Shown: positions 36,265 to 46,042 of the stretch, piece after piece
Layout: each line of letters starts with the position of its first letter
How positions within the stretch are numbered: position 1 is the first letter of the stretch
DNA from: Planctomycetota bacterium
GTDB lineage: Bacteria > Planctomycetota > Phycisphaerae > WQYP01
Reading direction: 5' to 3'
Length of the DNA stretch: 64,000 bases
NCBI GenBank assembly: GCA_021790385.1
Contig: JAJYDW010000003.1
Span: 25,869-89,868 of the forward strand
Position numbers and translations under genes: made by a program
Notes under the pieces: generated by a model
Told to the model about the DNA's origin: nothing
Database searches by the model: none
Seen by the model: the letters and a program-made list of their open reading frames with translations, nothing else

Positions 36265-38325
36265 ATGGATCAGGCTCGTAGCTATCGGCCCGAAGAAATT
36301 CGCAATATTGTCCTAGTGGGTCATACCGGGGCTGGGAAGACTACATTGGCAGAAGCCATTGCCCATCGTTGCGGTGTAATCTCGCGGATGGGAAGTGTGG
36401 AACAGGCCAATACCCTTTCAGACTTTGAGCCGGAAGCCCGACTGCACAAACACTCCACCAATTCCGTCCTCATGTACGCGACGCATCAGGGCCATCAGAT
36501 TAACTTAATCGACACTCCAGGTTATCCCGATTTTGTCGGTCAAGCCCTGGCGGCCATGCCGGCGGTAGAAACGGCGGTTATTGTCATTAATGCGCAAAGT
36601 GGCATTGAATTCAACAGTCGCCGGTTGTATCACGCCGCCGGCGAAATGGGGTTGGCCCGCATGATCGTCATTAATAAGATAGATCAGGCCGTGGATCTGC
36701 CGGCCTTGGTGGAACAGATCAAGGCCAGTTTCGGACCGGAGGTTCATTGCATCAATCTTCCGTGTAAAAATGCCACCGACGTTATCGACTGTTTTGACCA
36801 GACCGCCGGTCGTGCGGATTTCGGAAACGTTACCGACATTCATCGGGAAATGGTGGAATCCACGGTTGAAATTGATGATGCCCAGCTCGAACGCTATCTC
36901 GCCGGACAACCCATGGATCTGGCGGAACTGCGTAGTTGCTTCATCCGGGCGATGAATATCGGCCACGTGGTCCCGATTGTTTTCACTGCCGCCCGGCAGG
37001 AAGTGGGGATCGATGATTTGCTGCACATTCTCATTGAAGACGTACCATCACCCGTGACCGGCCGCGCCAAGCGGTTACGAAAGATTGCTGTCGGCGGCGC
37101 TGCGCCCGAAGAAATTATCGAGTGCCCCGCGGATCCGGCTGCTCCATTGCTTGCCCATGTCTTTAAGGTCACCACCGATCCGTATGTCGGGAAACTGGCC
37201 ATGCTGCGTGTGCTTAGCGGCAAGCTGGAATCGAATACGGCTTTTGTCTGTGGCACACAGAAAAAGACTCACAAGGCCGGCCACGTGCTAAAAGTGGAGG
37301 GTCGCGATCATCCGGAATCGGGTGTGGCTTACGCCGGAGATATGGTGGCTGTTTCAAAAATCGAAGACTTGCAGGTGGATCAGATTATCCATGCCGTGAC
37401 GCTTCATGACGAATTCAAGCCCCTGCCGCCGAAATATCCCACGCCCATGTTTTCCATGGCCATAGTACCCAAATCCCGTGGTGATGAGGCCAAGCTCTCT
37501 GCAGCCTTAACTAAACTGGTGGAGGAAGATCCAACGTTTCGGGTTTCCCACGATCCGCAGACTCATGAGATCATCGTACATGGACTCGGCGATATGCACG
37601 TGCGGGTGATGCTGGAAAAAATGAAAAATCGCTTCGGCATTGACGTGGGCACACAGCCTCCGCGTATTGCCTACCGGGAAACTATCAGCCTTAAGGCTGA
37701 GGGGCATTATCGCCACAAAAAGCAGACTGGCGGGGCCGGCCAGTTTGGCGAGGTTTACTTGCGGGTGGAACCGCTCGACCGCGGCAGCGGCCTGGAATTC
37801 GTTAACGAGGTTTTCGGCGGGGCTATTCCATCTCAGTACATCGCGTCTGTCGAAAAGGGTGTATATGACGCGATTGAGCACGGTCCGCTGGCTGGATATC
37901 CGGTACAGGATTTACGGGTTATTGTGCATGACGGTAAAAGTCATCCCGTGGATTCCAAGGACATCGCTTTTCGCATTGCCGGAAAATTTGCCGTACGCGA
38001 CGCCATTTTGAAGGCTAGACCGGCCCTTATCGAACCTATTGTTACTCTGGAAATCACCAGCCCCGAATGTTTTCTTGGGGTGATTACCAGCGATCTTAAT
38101 ACCCGCCGCGGCCGCATTACCCATACGGACTTGCCTGTACCATCCATCGCGATTGTCCGGGCCACTGCACCCCTGGCGGAGGTAACACAGTATGATAGTC
38201 AACTGCGGAGCCTTACTGCAGGGCAAGGTAGTTTTGTGATGGAGTTTTCCCACTATGACGCCGTTCCACCACAACTTCAGGCTAAACTCGCCGCTCAATA
38301 CAAACCGGCCGTGGAGACTGAATAA
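36265..38325 (+). CDS. Elongation factor G paralog (EF-G2-like translational GTPase)
   Basis: The G1 motif is VLVGHTGAGKTTLAEAI and G3 is DTPGYPDF. It has the full five-domain length, with HRHKKQTGGAGQFGEVYL in domain IV/V. It is not in an rpsL-rpsG-fusA-tuf context. Confidence 0.88.
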   Translation: MDQARSYRPEEIRNIVLVGHTGAGKTTLAEAIAHRCGVISRMGSVEQANTLSDFEPEARLHKHSTNSVLMYATHQGHQINLIDTPGYPDFVGQALAAMPAVETAVIVINAQSGIEFNSRRLYHAAGEMGLARMIVINKIDQAVDLPALVEQIKASFGPEVHCINLPCKNATDVIDCFDQTAGRADFGNVTDIHREMVESTVEIDDAQLERYLAGQPMDLAELRSCFIRAMNIGHVVPIVFTAARQEVGIDDLLHILIEDVPSPVTGRAKRLRKIAVGGAAPEEIIECPADPAAPLLAHVFKVTTDPYVGKLAMLRVLSGKLESNTAFVCGTQKKTHKAGHVLKVEGRDHPESGVAYAGDMVAVSKIEDLQVDQIIHAVTLHDEFKPLPPKYPTPMFSMAIVPKSRGDEAKLSAALTKLVEEDPTFRVSHDPQTHEIIVHGLGDMHVRVMLEKMKNRFGIDVGTQPPRIAYRETISLKAEGHYRHKKQTGGAGQFGEVYLRVEPLDRGSGLEFVNEVFGGAIPSQYIASVEKGVYDAIEHGPLAGYPVQDLRVIVHDGKSHPVDSKDIAFRIAGKFAVRDAILKARPALIEPIVTLEITSPECFLGVITSDLNTRRGRITHTDLPVPSIAIVRATAPLAEVTQYDSQLRSLTAGQGSFVMEFSHYDAVPPQLQAKLAAQYKPAVETE

Positions 38326-38568
38326 AGGGGGGTGATGGCTCAAAACAAACCAATTTGTCATGATAAACTATCTGGGTGGGCCACTTACGGGGTGCCCAGG
38401 GGCCTCCCGATATTGGCTCCATCGGCGGTCACGGAAAGTTTTCCCTTGACCCGGCAGGCAAAGCAGGCGATATTCTATAGTTGTAGAGGTTCACAGGCGG
38501 ACCGCTGCAGCCGTGGGTGTGGACCCCGGTGGCGACGCTTGAAACCTTCTTGACGGAGGCATAATGCC

Positions 38569-39981
38569 ATGGCAGTAGTTCGCACCGCTCGGTCCACGCC
38601 CCCTTGGGCACTGATTATCTTTGTAGTTCTTTGGGTGTTATCAACCACGGTTGCAGTCCTTTTGTATCTGCATGTGGGAAAAGCCCAGCGTACCGTCGTC
38701 ACGGATTCGCGCAAGCTTAATCAGGTGATTTTGCCTTCTGAAATGCAAAGCCCCATGATTCAAACCATGCTCGCCAACGCCAACGAAAGCCATTCCGTCG
38801 TTGGAATGTTGCTCTCTGGCATTAATTCGCTGGAAAGCCAGATGATCGGCCACGTTTCCAAACAGCCGATTCGGCAACTCACTTCGATTTCGGGACCGGC
38901 GGCAACCGCGCTGCATCAGGCTCATCTTTCGGGTAAATCGCTGGTCGTGGCGGTAACAGAATTGGCTGCCAAAGTGCAAAGCCAGCAGGCTCGGATCAAA
39001 CATCTGGAAAGCCGCATGAAGGGACAACGAACATCCTTTGCTACGGCGCAAACTACCTTCAACGATAATATTGAAACTATTTCTCAGAAGCTCAAGTCCA
39101 CCCACGACGAAATTGCCAAATTGAGAACCCAGTTGGCGGCGGCCAACGGGAATCTGGCTGCGCAGGCCGCGGTTTTCCAAAAGCAAATAACCGCTGGACA
39201 ACAAAAATCAGTCCGGGATCTGGAAACTCAAGTGGTAAAAAACCAGCAGTTGCAGCAGAATCTTGCCTCTCTCAATCTGGTCGTTTCAGATTTGCGCAAG
39301 CAGTTAGCGGGATTCAAGGCACCATCCGAAGGTGCGGGGGCCATACTTTCTCAGGCCCAGGGAAAAATCATCGGCGTTGGTCCTGGCGAAAATCAGGTTT
39401 ATATCAATTTGGGCCAGTTTCAAAAGGTGCCGATTGGTCTGACATTTGCCGTCTATAATCCCCAGTTGGGTGTTGGTTCTGGCATTTCAGGGGGCGGAAA
39501 AGGTTCCATTGTGGTCACGCATGTGGGCCGCTTCGCGTCGCTTTGCCGCATCAACCACGTCCACACCGGACAGTCCATTTTCACTGGCGACCTGATAGGC
39601 AATCCAGTTTTCCAGAAAAAGGGCCGAGAATTTCATTTCTATGTTTACGGTGATTTTGCAGTCAATGGCAACGATGTTGCCACCGCCCAAGGTCGTCTGG
39701 AAATCGTTCGCCTGATCAAAAAATGGGGTGGGGTAATCGACCATCACCTTACCAGCCAGACCGATTTTCTCGTGCTTGGCGCGGAACCCGCATCCCCATC
39801 GCTGAGTGGTGCCGCCGCGGCACTCCCACAAAATCAGGCCTTAATTGCCGCCCGGCAGGCGGAGCAAAGTACATACAATCGACTTTCGGCGGAGGCCCAA
39901 AGATTGTCGGTACCGATCCTGAATGCCAATCGGTTTCTTGCCATGATAGGTTATTACAATCCTCCGCTGCTGCACCGGTAA
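38569..39981 (+). CDS. Membrane-anchored long coiled-coil protein with a C-terminal BRCT-like module
   Basis: The N-terminal TM helix is WALIIFVVLWVLSTTVAVLLYL. About 230 aa of Q/A/L-rich heptad sequence follows. The C-terminus FHFYVYGDF...GRLEIVRLIKKWGGVIDHHLTSQTDFLVLGAEP fits the BRCT pattern by eye. Confidence 0.6.
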   Translation: MAVVRTARSTPPWALIIFVVLWVLSTTVAVLLYLHVGKAQRTVVTDSRKLNQVILPSEMQSPMIQTMLANANESHSVVGMLLSGINSLESQMIGHVSKQPIRQLTSISGPAATALHQAHLSGKSLVVAVTELAAKVQSQQARIKHLESRMKGQRTSFATAQTTFNDNIETISQKLKSTHDEIAKLRTQLAAANGNLAAQAAVFQKQITAGQQKSVRDLETQVVKNQQLQQNLASLNLVVSDLRKQLAGFKAPSEGAGAILSQAQGKIIGVGPGENQVYINLGQFQKVPIGLTFAVYNPQLGVGSGISGGGKGSIVVTHVGRFASLCRINHVHTGQSIFTGDLIGNPVFQKKGREFHFYVYGDFAVNGNDVATAQGRLEIVRLIKKWGGVIDHHLTSQTDFLVLGAEPASPSLSGAAAALPQNQALIAARQAEQSTYNRLSAEAQRLSVPILNANRFLAMIGYYNPPLLHR

Positions 39982-40007
39982 CCTGATGCCACGATGAAGA
40001 CCTGCAA

Positions 40008-40046
40008 GGGGCGACAAGTTGAAAGCTTGCCGCCCCTTTTTCTTTT
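40008..40046 (+). terminator. Rho-independent terminator after the coiled-coil gene
   Basis: GGGGCGACAAG-ttgaaag-CTTGCCGCCCC forms an 11-bp stem with one mismatch. It is followed by TTTTTCTTTT. Confidence 0.7.
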
Positions 40047-40204
40047 AGCAAGGTCGACCTGCACTCACTTCGGGCACGGCCGCACACTCAGGCAAAAGCC
40101 CATAAGCAGATCCACAGTCCATTGCCAGGCACGTTTTTACGCCTGGCGAACAAAAAAATGCACGCAACTCTGCCCGCTCACTTCCCGGGTCGTCGGCGCT
40201 GCGC

Positions 40205-41539
40205 TTATGGAAATCGCAGGTAGCCGACGCCGAATCTACCTTTGCGCACCACCACAATGCGTACCACTTTAGCTTTGGGCATATACGGCAGCAGTGCCGC
40301 CAGGTCGTTTAAGGTTCGCACGCGATATGGGCCGATCTGCACGACTACGTCACCCGGCTTTATTCCAGCTTTCGCCGCCACCGAGCCTGGATTGATTTGT
40401 GTAACCAACAGGCCGCTTTGGGCGACCAGATGATATTTTTTAGCCAGCGCCGGTGTTACCTGATCCAGCCCCATCCCCAATATCTTTTCCGAGGCGAGTA
40501 CCACCGCCGGCGGAGGCGCTGGCTTGATGCGATATTCGCGCACCATGCCATTGCGAAATTTTACGGTTACCTCCTTTTGTGCCAGCGTTACTTTCAGCAG
40601 GGCCGCATAAGCATCCATCAGCGTGGGCGTGCGGTAGCTGTCAATGCTTTCCACCGCAGGACCTGGCGTTCCCGCCACCACTATTTTTTGATGCACATGA
40701 TCCGGACCGGTCATGGTCCGGATGACTGCCAGGTGCACAGGTATATCAATTTTGTTCACTGTGGCCGGATTCATCAAACGCGGAATCAAGGTTGAAAGGC
40801 GGTCCACTCCGATGGCAAAGCCAATGTTTTGAGCATTCCCGCGAATAGCGGTATTGATTCCGATGACCTGACCATAGATGTTAAGTAAAGGACCACCGGA
40901 ATTGCCTGGATTAATTGCCGCGTCCGTCTGAATGAGATTGGTCAGCGGCTTGGGATTATTGGGTTCCATGATTTGCCGATGAATAGCCGAAACAATGCCT
41001 GAACTCACACTTTGCGAATAGCCAAATGGGTTGCCGATGGCAATGGTCGGTTCACCGATCATTAAATTGGACGACAACCCCAGGGGAATGGTGGGAAATG
41101 AGCCTTTGCCGTCAATTTTTAAAACGGCAAGATCCGCTCTTGGATCACTGCCGACGACATGTGCGGAAAGCCTTTTTCCGTTCGCCAGCGTAACATGAAT
41201 TTCCTGGGCCTGATCCACCACATGGTTGTTGGTAATCACGTAGCCATCATGTTGGATAATAAATCCGCTGCCGAGAAAATCAGCCGGCACCTGCACCACC
41301 GGCCCCACATTGAACTGCCGCCAGAAAAAATTGTTTGGAAATGGATTTACCCGCTGCCTTACCAGCCGTTTTGCCGTAATGCTGACCACCGCCGGGCCTC
41401 GCCGCTTAACCACTTGCACAATCAGCGTGTCGCGCAGATTAACCGTGTTGGGTCTTGGATTCCACGCCTGGTGCCCCGCGGCCCAGGAAAACATTGCCGT
41501 CAGCAGCAGCACAACTGACAGAACCATGACTTTTTTCAC
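40205..41539 (-). CDS. HtrA/DegP-family periplasmic serine protease with PDZ domain(s)
   Basis: It has a signal peptide, His in GSGFIIQHDGYVITNNHVV and Ser in TDAAINPGNSGGPLLN. The C-terminal PDZ includes AAKAGIKPGDVVVQIG. Confidence 0.9.
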   Translation of the reverse strand: MKKVMVLSVVLLLTAMFSWAAGHQAWNPRPNTVNLRDTLIVQVVKRRGPAVVSITAKRLVRQRVNPFPNNFFWRQFNVGPVVQVPADFLGSGFIIQHDGYVITNNHVVDQAQEIHVTLANGKRLSAHVVGSDPRADLAVLKIDGKGSFPTIPLGLSSNLMIGEPTIAIGNPFGYSQSVSSGIVSAIHRQIMEPNNPKPLTNLIQTDAAINPGNSGGPLLNIYGQVIGINTAIRGNAQNIGFAIGVDRLSTLIPRLMNPATVNKIDIPVHLAVIRTMTGPDHVHQKIVVAGTPGPAVESIDSYRTPTLMDAYAALLKVTLAQKEVTVKFRNGMVREYRIKPAPPPAVVLASEKILGMGLDQVTPALAKKYHLVAQSGLLVTQINPGSVAAKAGIKPGDVVVQIGPYRVRTLNDLAALLPYMPKAKVVRIVVVRKGRFGVGYLRFP

Positions 41540-41649
41540 GTTTGCACTCCAAATAACGGCCCACGCGGCACCGACAATAAATACCGCAAGAATCCGATAA
41601 AGGCCAGTGGCGGGGGTTAAACTGCGGCTTTGCCCGGCGTGCGATGCAC

Positions 41650-42756
41650 TTATTCCCGCATGGCTGTCGGCTCAATAAGCAGATCCACCCTCTCATAACT
41701 GCGCAAGATCACCATCCCCGTAGGCCGCGAGATTAAGTCCTCCGTGAGTACGCGATGAAGATCATCAATCGCGGCGATAGTTCGCCCGGCCATGGCGATG
41801 ATAACATCCGATGGTACCAAACCGGCCTGATCCGCCGGACTGGCTTCTTCCACTGTCGCCACCAAAACACCAGTTTCAACCGGCAGCTTATAAAAGCGTG
41901 CCAGCCGCCGCGGAATAGGCGCATTTCGCCCTGTCACGCCAATATAACTTCGTGCCACCCTGCCGTCACGTATCAGATGCGATGCCACATACCGGGCGGT
42001 GTCGGAGGAAATGGCAAAGCATAGTCCCTGTCCGGGCAAAAGAACGGCGGTATTTACACCGATTACCGCACCTCTCCCCGACACCAGGGGACCGCCGGAA
42101 TTACCGGGGTTCAGCGCAGCGTCGGTTTGAATCACATTTTCAATGAGCCGGCCGGACACTGCCCGAAAGGATCGCCCCAACGCGCTGACCACACCAGCGG
42201 TGACCGTGGCGTCAAAGCCCAGCGGACTGCCAATCGCAATGGCCAGTTGGCCCACTTTCAGCCGGGAAGAGTCGCCGAGTTCGGCTGTGGGCAGATTGTC
42301 GGCTTCCACACGAATCACCGCCAGATCGGTATGCGGATCATCACCGATCAAACGGGCTGATACATTCCGGCCATCCGCGGTCAAAACCCGCAGCGATTCG
42401 GCCCCATGCACCACATGGCTGTTGGTTAGAATAAAACCATCCGGCGTCAAGGCGAATCCTGACCCGCTGCCGCGCCCCGCGCGGCCATCGCCATTGATCT
42501 GTTCACCGTAGGTTACTTCAAGTTTCACCACGCTCGGCCCAACTGTCTCAACCGCTCGCGTTATCGCCTGAGAATAGGCATCCATCGGCTCGTCATCGCT
42601 TGTGGCGAATTTCCGATCTGCCGTTTCAACGGATTCACCGCCGTCCGGCTGCTCCGGCTCATGGCCTTGACTTACTGGTCTTATCACAAAATTCCTTTCC
42701 TGTGGCCTTTCCAGCCACAATCCGAAAAGCACGGCTGAGACCGGTACTTGGTCCAA
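41650..42756 (-). CDS. HtrA-family serine protease with one PDZ domain (paralog). The start is uncertain (TTG at 42756).
   Basis: Motifs are GSGFALTPDGFILTNSHVV, TDAALNPGNSGGPLVS and the PDZ segment PADQAGLVPSDVIIAMAG. Confidence 0.87.
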   Translation of the reverse strand: MDQVPVSAVLFGLWLERPQERNFVIRPVSQGHEPEQPDGGESVETADRKFATSDDEPMDAYSQAITRAVETVGPSVVKLEVTYGEQINGDGRAGRGSGSGFALTPDGFILTNSHVVHGAESLRVLTADGRNVSARLIGDDPHTDLAVIRVEADNLPTAELGDSSRLKVGQLAIAIGSPLGFDATVTAGVVSALGRSFRAVSGRLIENVIQTDAALNPGNSGGPLVSGRGAVIGVNTAVLLPGQGLCFAISSDTARYVASHLIRDGRVARSYIGVTGRNAPIPRRLARFYKLPVETGVLVATVEEASPADQAGLVPSDVIIAMAGRTIAAIDDLHRVLTEDLISRPTGMVILRSYERVDLLIEPTAMRE

Positions 42757-42893
42757 CCTGCATACTGCTTAAAGTATAGGTCACAACAGGCTGGCAGAGT
42801 CAAATTTGAGCGGCAATGATTCCAGTAGCCGTTAATAGCCCCTAAGCTCGAAACTTTCTCATGTTGGGTTATAGCGCAGAGTAAATCAGATCA

Positions 42894-43916
42894 TTAATAA
42901 CTATGCCCATCCATTCGCACCTTGCCGCGAAATAGCCAATACACGTAAGTGGTATAGGCCAGCACAATGGGCATGCCAATCAGTGCGATGATAAACATGA
43001 TCTTTAGCGTTAAAGGAGAGGACGAGGCATTATAAATGGTCAAGCTGTTGGCCGGATTATTGCGAGCATACACGATATTGGGAAACAAGCCGATGGCCAA
43101 AAGCGACAAAAGTGCCACGATGGAAAAACAACTGGATAGAAACGCTCGAAAATACCGCTTGTGAAATATTTCCCGCGGAATATTGGCAATCGCCAGCATG
43201 TTCAGAATGGCCACCACAAAAAAGACCGGATGATTGCGTATTTCACTGGTCAGATGACGGTCGTACAGCAGCGTGGCCATGGTAGTAGTGGCATAGCAGA
43301 TAATGAAGAAGATGATTGAATTATTCACCCAGCCGCGCAGACGATCGTGCAAATTCCCTTCTGTTTTCATAACCAGATAAATCGAGCCGTGCATCATAAA
43401 CAGTGCCACCGTTGTGATACCCACAAGCAACGCGTATGGGTTTAGCAGCGCCCAGAAGCCGCCAATATAGGTTCCGTGGGAATTTAATGCGACACCGTAG
43501 GCCAGATTACCGGCAAAAGCCCCCAGAAGCAGTGCCGCCAGAATACTGCCGATGAAAAAGTTGGTATCCCATAAATTACGCCACCAGTGCATTGGTTCCT
43601 TAGACCGAAATTCAATGGATACTCCGCGAAATATCAGAGCCAGTAACAGCAGCATGAACACCGGATAAAAGCCTGAAAACAGGCTCGCATATACATTCGG
43701 AAATGCTGCAAACATGCCCCCCCCACCGGTTACCAGCCACACTTCATTGCCGTCCCACACCGGACCGATAGAGTTCAGCAGCAACCGTCGCTCGGCATCA
43801 TCCTTCACCAGCAGATACAACATGCCAACGCCAAAATCGAAACCATCGAGGATGGCATAACCGGCGAATAAAATGCCCAGAAGCACAAACCAGACTACAT
43901 TCAATTCATGATGCAT
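42894..43916 (-). CDS. cydB: Cytochrome bd ubiquinol oxidase subunit II
   Basis: WFVLLGILFAGYAILDGFDFGVGML is the typical CydB N-terminus. It is polytopic and sits immediately downstream of cydA. Confidence 0.93.
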   Translation of the reverse strand: MHHELNVVWFVLLGILFAGYAILDGFDFGVGMLYLLVKDDAERRLLLNSIGPVWDGNEVWLVTGGGGMFAAFPNVYASLFSGFYPVFMLLLLALIFRGVSIEFRSKEPMHWWRNLWDTNFFIGSILAALLLGAFAGNLAYGVALNSHGTYIGGFWALLNPYALLVGITTVALFMMHGSIYLVMKTEGNLHDRLRGWVNNSIIFFIICYATTTMATLLYDRHLTSEIRNHPVFFVVAILNMLAIANIPREIFHKRYFRAFLSSCFSIVALLSLLAIGLFPNIVYARNNPANSLTIYNASSSPLTLKIMFIIALIGMPIVLAYTTYVYWLFRGKVRMDGHSY

Positions 43917-43958
43917 ATTACGAATACCTTAACTTTGTTGCCTGGCCCACCGGATGTT

Positions 43959-45338
43959 TTACGCATCCAACCTGCCGTGCCCCTCAACAACATGCGGAGG
44001 TATCGGCGGTTGCACGGCCGCTGCTTCTTCCGGCCCCTGCTGAATCTTGCGGTTCATTAAAAATATGAACAGTGCCCCCAATAACACGTACATAATCCCA
44101 AACATGATTATCGACGCAAGCACTTCTCCGGCGGCCAGATGCGGCGATACCGCCTGTGAAGTCTTCATAATGCCATATACGATCCATGGTTGCCGTCCCA
44201 CCTCTGCGGAAAACCAGCCCAATTCATTGGCCAGTTCCGGTCCAATCACGGAAATTACAAATATCCACAGCAGCCAGCGTTTTTGAAACAGCGTTCCACG
44301 CCACCAGTAAAAAACACCCAGCAGGCTGATCAGGATAAGAGCCATCCCAATGGCCACCATCGCATGATACGATTGAAATACCGGATTCACCGGCGGCCGC
44401 AGCGCTGGAGGAAAATGATCCAGGCCGATAACCGGTGCTTTGGTGTTGTAGTACATCAGCCAACTGAGCATGCCCGGTATCCTGGGGCCGTATACCGTCT
44501 GAGTTTTGCTGTCCACCCAGCCGAAAGGACTCATGCCTGCCGGAGCGTCCGCAGGAAAATGTCCTTCAAATGCGGCCAGTTTTGCCGGTTGATATTTTCC
44601 CACCATCTTGGCGTTAAAATCGCCCGATACCAGTTGCGCTACCGCTCCAATAACCGCCACAATCAAGGCAATTCTCACGCAGCGCCGGCCAAAATCTTCG
44701 TGGCGACGTTTTAGCACATAATATGCCCCTACGCTTAGAACCAGAAACGCCCCGGATAACAACGCCCCCAGCAGCACGTGCACCAGGCGATCTACCGTAG
44801 ACGGGTTTAACACCACCTGCCAGAAGTTTGTGATTTGTGCACGCAGCACCCCATTGTGTCGCACAATGTGAAATCCAGCCGGCGTCTGCATCCAGGAATT
44901 GGCAACGTTAATCCACAACGCGCTGAAAATGGAACCGAACGACACCATGACCGTGGAAAAAAAGTGCGTCTTTGGCCCCACCCGGTCCCAGCCAAACAGC
45001 AGCACTGCCAGAAAGCCTGATTCCAGAAAAAACGCGAAAATTCCTTCCGAAGCCAGCGGGGCCCCAAAAACATCTCCCACAAATCGCGAATAGTTGGCCC
45101 AGTTGGTGCCAAATTCAAATTCCATCACAATTCCCGTTGCCACCCCTAATCCGAACGTCAGGGCAAATATTCTTGTCCAGAATCGAGCCATGCTCTCATA
45201 AACCTTATTGCGGGTTTTAAGATACATCGCCTCCATGGTCACCATCATCACGCCCAATCCGATACTTAATGGTGGAAATAAGTAATGAAATGAAATAGTC
45301 AGACCAAACTGCACGCGGGAAAGCCACAGTGTATTCAT
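43959..45338 (-). CDS. cydA: Cytochrome bd ubiquinol oxidase subunit I
   Basis: Motifs are [23 protein letters not shown] and the C-terminal [20 protein letters not shown]. Confidence 0.95.
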   Translation of the reverse strand: MNTLWLSRVQFGLTISFHYLFPPLSIGLGVMMVTMEAMYLKTRNKVYESMARFWTRIFALTFGLGVATGIVMEFEFGTNWANYSRFVGDVFGAPLASEGIFAFFLESGFLAVLLFGWDRVGPKTHFFSTVMVSFGSIFSALWINVANSWMQTPAGFHIVRHNGVLRAQITNFWQVVLNPSTVDRLVHVLLGALLSGAFLVLSVGAYYVLKRRHEDFGRRCVRIALIVAVIGAVAQLVSGDFNAKMVGKYQPAKLAAFEGHFPADAPAGMSPFGWVDSKTQTVYGPRIPGMLSWLMYYNTKAPVIGLDHFPPALRPPVNPVFQSYHAMVAIGMALILISLLGVFYWWRGTLFQKRWLLWIFVISVIGPELANELGWFSAEVGRQPWIVYGIMKTSQAVSPHLAAGEVLASIIMFGIMYVLLGALFIFLMNRKIQQGPEEAAAVQPPIPPHVVEGHGRLDA

Positions 45339-45497
45339 GGATCAACCTCTTTTATGTCCGACAGCGTGTAGCAACAATTTCACTGCGCCGGCCGTGCATA
45401 TCCTCAAACAGGTGGCGTCCATCCGCATTCGCCCTTACAATCCTAATTATTGGATATGCGGATAGCAAGGTGTACTTTTTATAATTAAGGAATTCCT

Positions 45498-46013
45498 ATG
45501 CTTTTTGGCCAAACGAGTGAATATGCGCTCCGCGTGATTGTCTTCCTGGCTGCTCGCGGCAATCAACCGGCTACCAACTCTCAAATTGCCGAGGCTACAC
45601 TCGTACCCGCAGGTTATCTGGCTAAAATTGTCCAGATATTAAGCCGCGCCAATTTGGTAAAATCTCGCCGTGGCCTCCACGGTGGATCTGTGCTGAATCG
45701 GGATCCGCATGATCTTAGTCTTTACGATGTCATTCAGGTGATTGATCCCATTCGTCGCATTGAATCATGTCCTCTGGCTTTAGCCTGGCACGGACAGGAT
45801 ATTTGTCCGCTCCATCGTAGGCTTGATGATGCCATTGCCGGTGTTGAAACGGCGCTCAAAAATGCCACAGTCGCGGATCTTTTAGATAGCCGCGACAACT
45901 ACCGCAGCGCCCTGCTTTGCCAGCCAAACGGTTCCCATCACCCGCCTGCCCGGCGCAAGCTGTCCCGCCGAATGCAGCCCTCCAAACGTTTTGGGGCCAG
46001 GCACCGGCCTTGA
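45498..46013 (+). CDS. Rrf2-family transcriptional regulator (IscR/NsrR-like), divergent from cydAB
   Basis: The winged-helix N-terminus is SEYALRVIVFLAARGNQPATNSQIAEATLVPAGYLAKIVQIL. Cys residues at CPL...CPLH could ligate an Fe-S cluster. Confidence 0.83.
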   Translation: MLFGQTSEYALRVIVFLAARGNQPATNSQIAEATLVPAGYLAKIVQILSRANLVKSRRGLHGGSVLNRDPHDLSLYDVIQVIDPIRRIESCPLALAWHGQDICPLHRRLDDAIAGVETALKNATVADLLDSRDNYRSALLCQPNGSHHPPARRKLSRRMQPSKRFGARHRP

Positions 46014-46042
46014 CACCACTCATTCCCGGCCGGCTGCTGCTC

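Noticed and set aside
38332-38553. A 73-aa ORF in the spacer after the EF-G paralog.
   Set aside because: - Its composition is Cys/Arg/Gly-rich.
- The G-run sits too close to the start codon to act as a Shine-Dalgarno sequence.
- It has no motif.
- The region is more likely the 5' leader of the coiled-coil gene.
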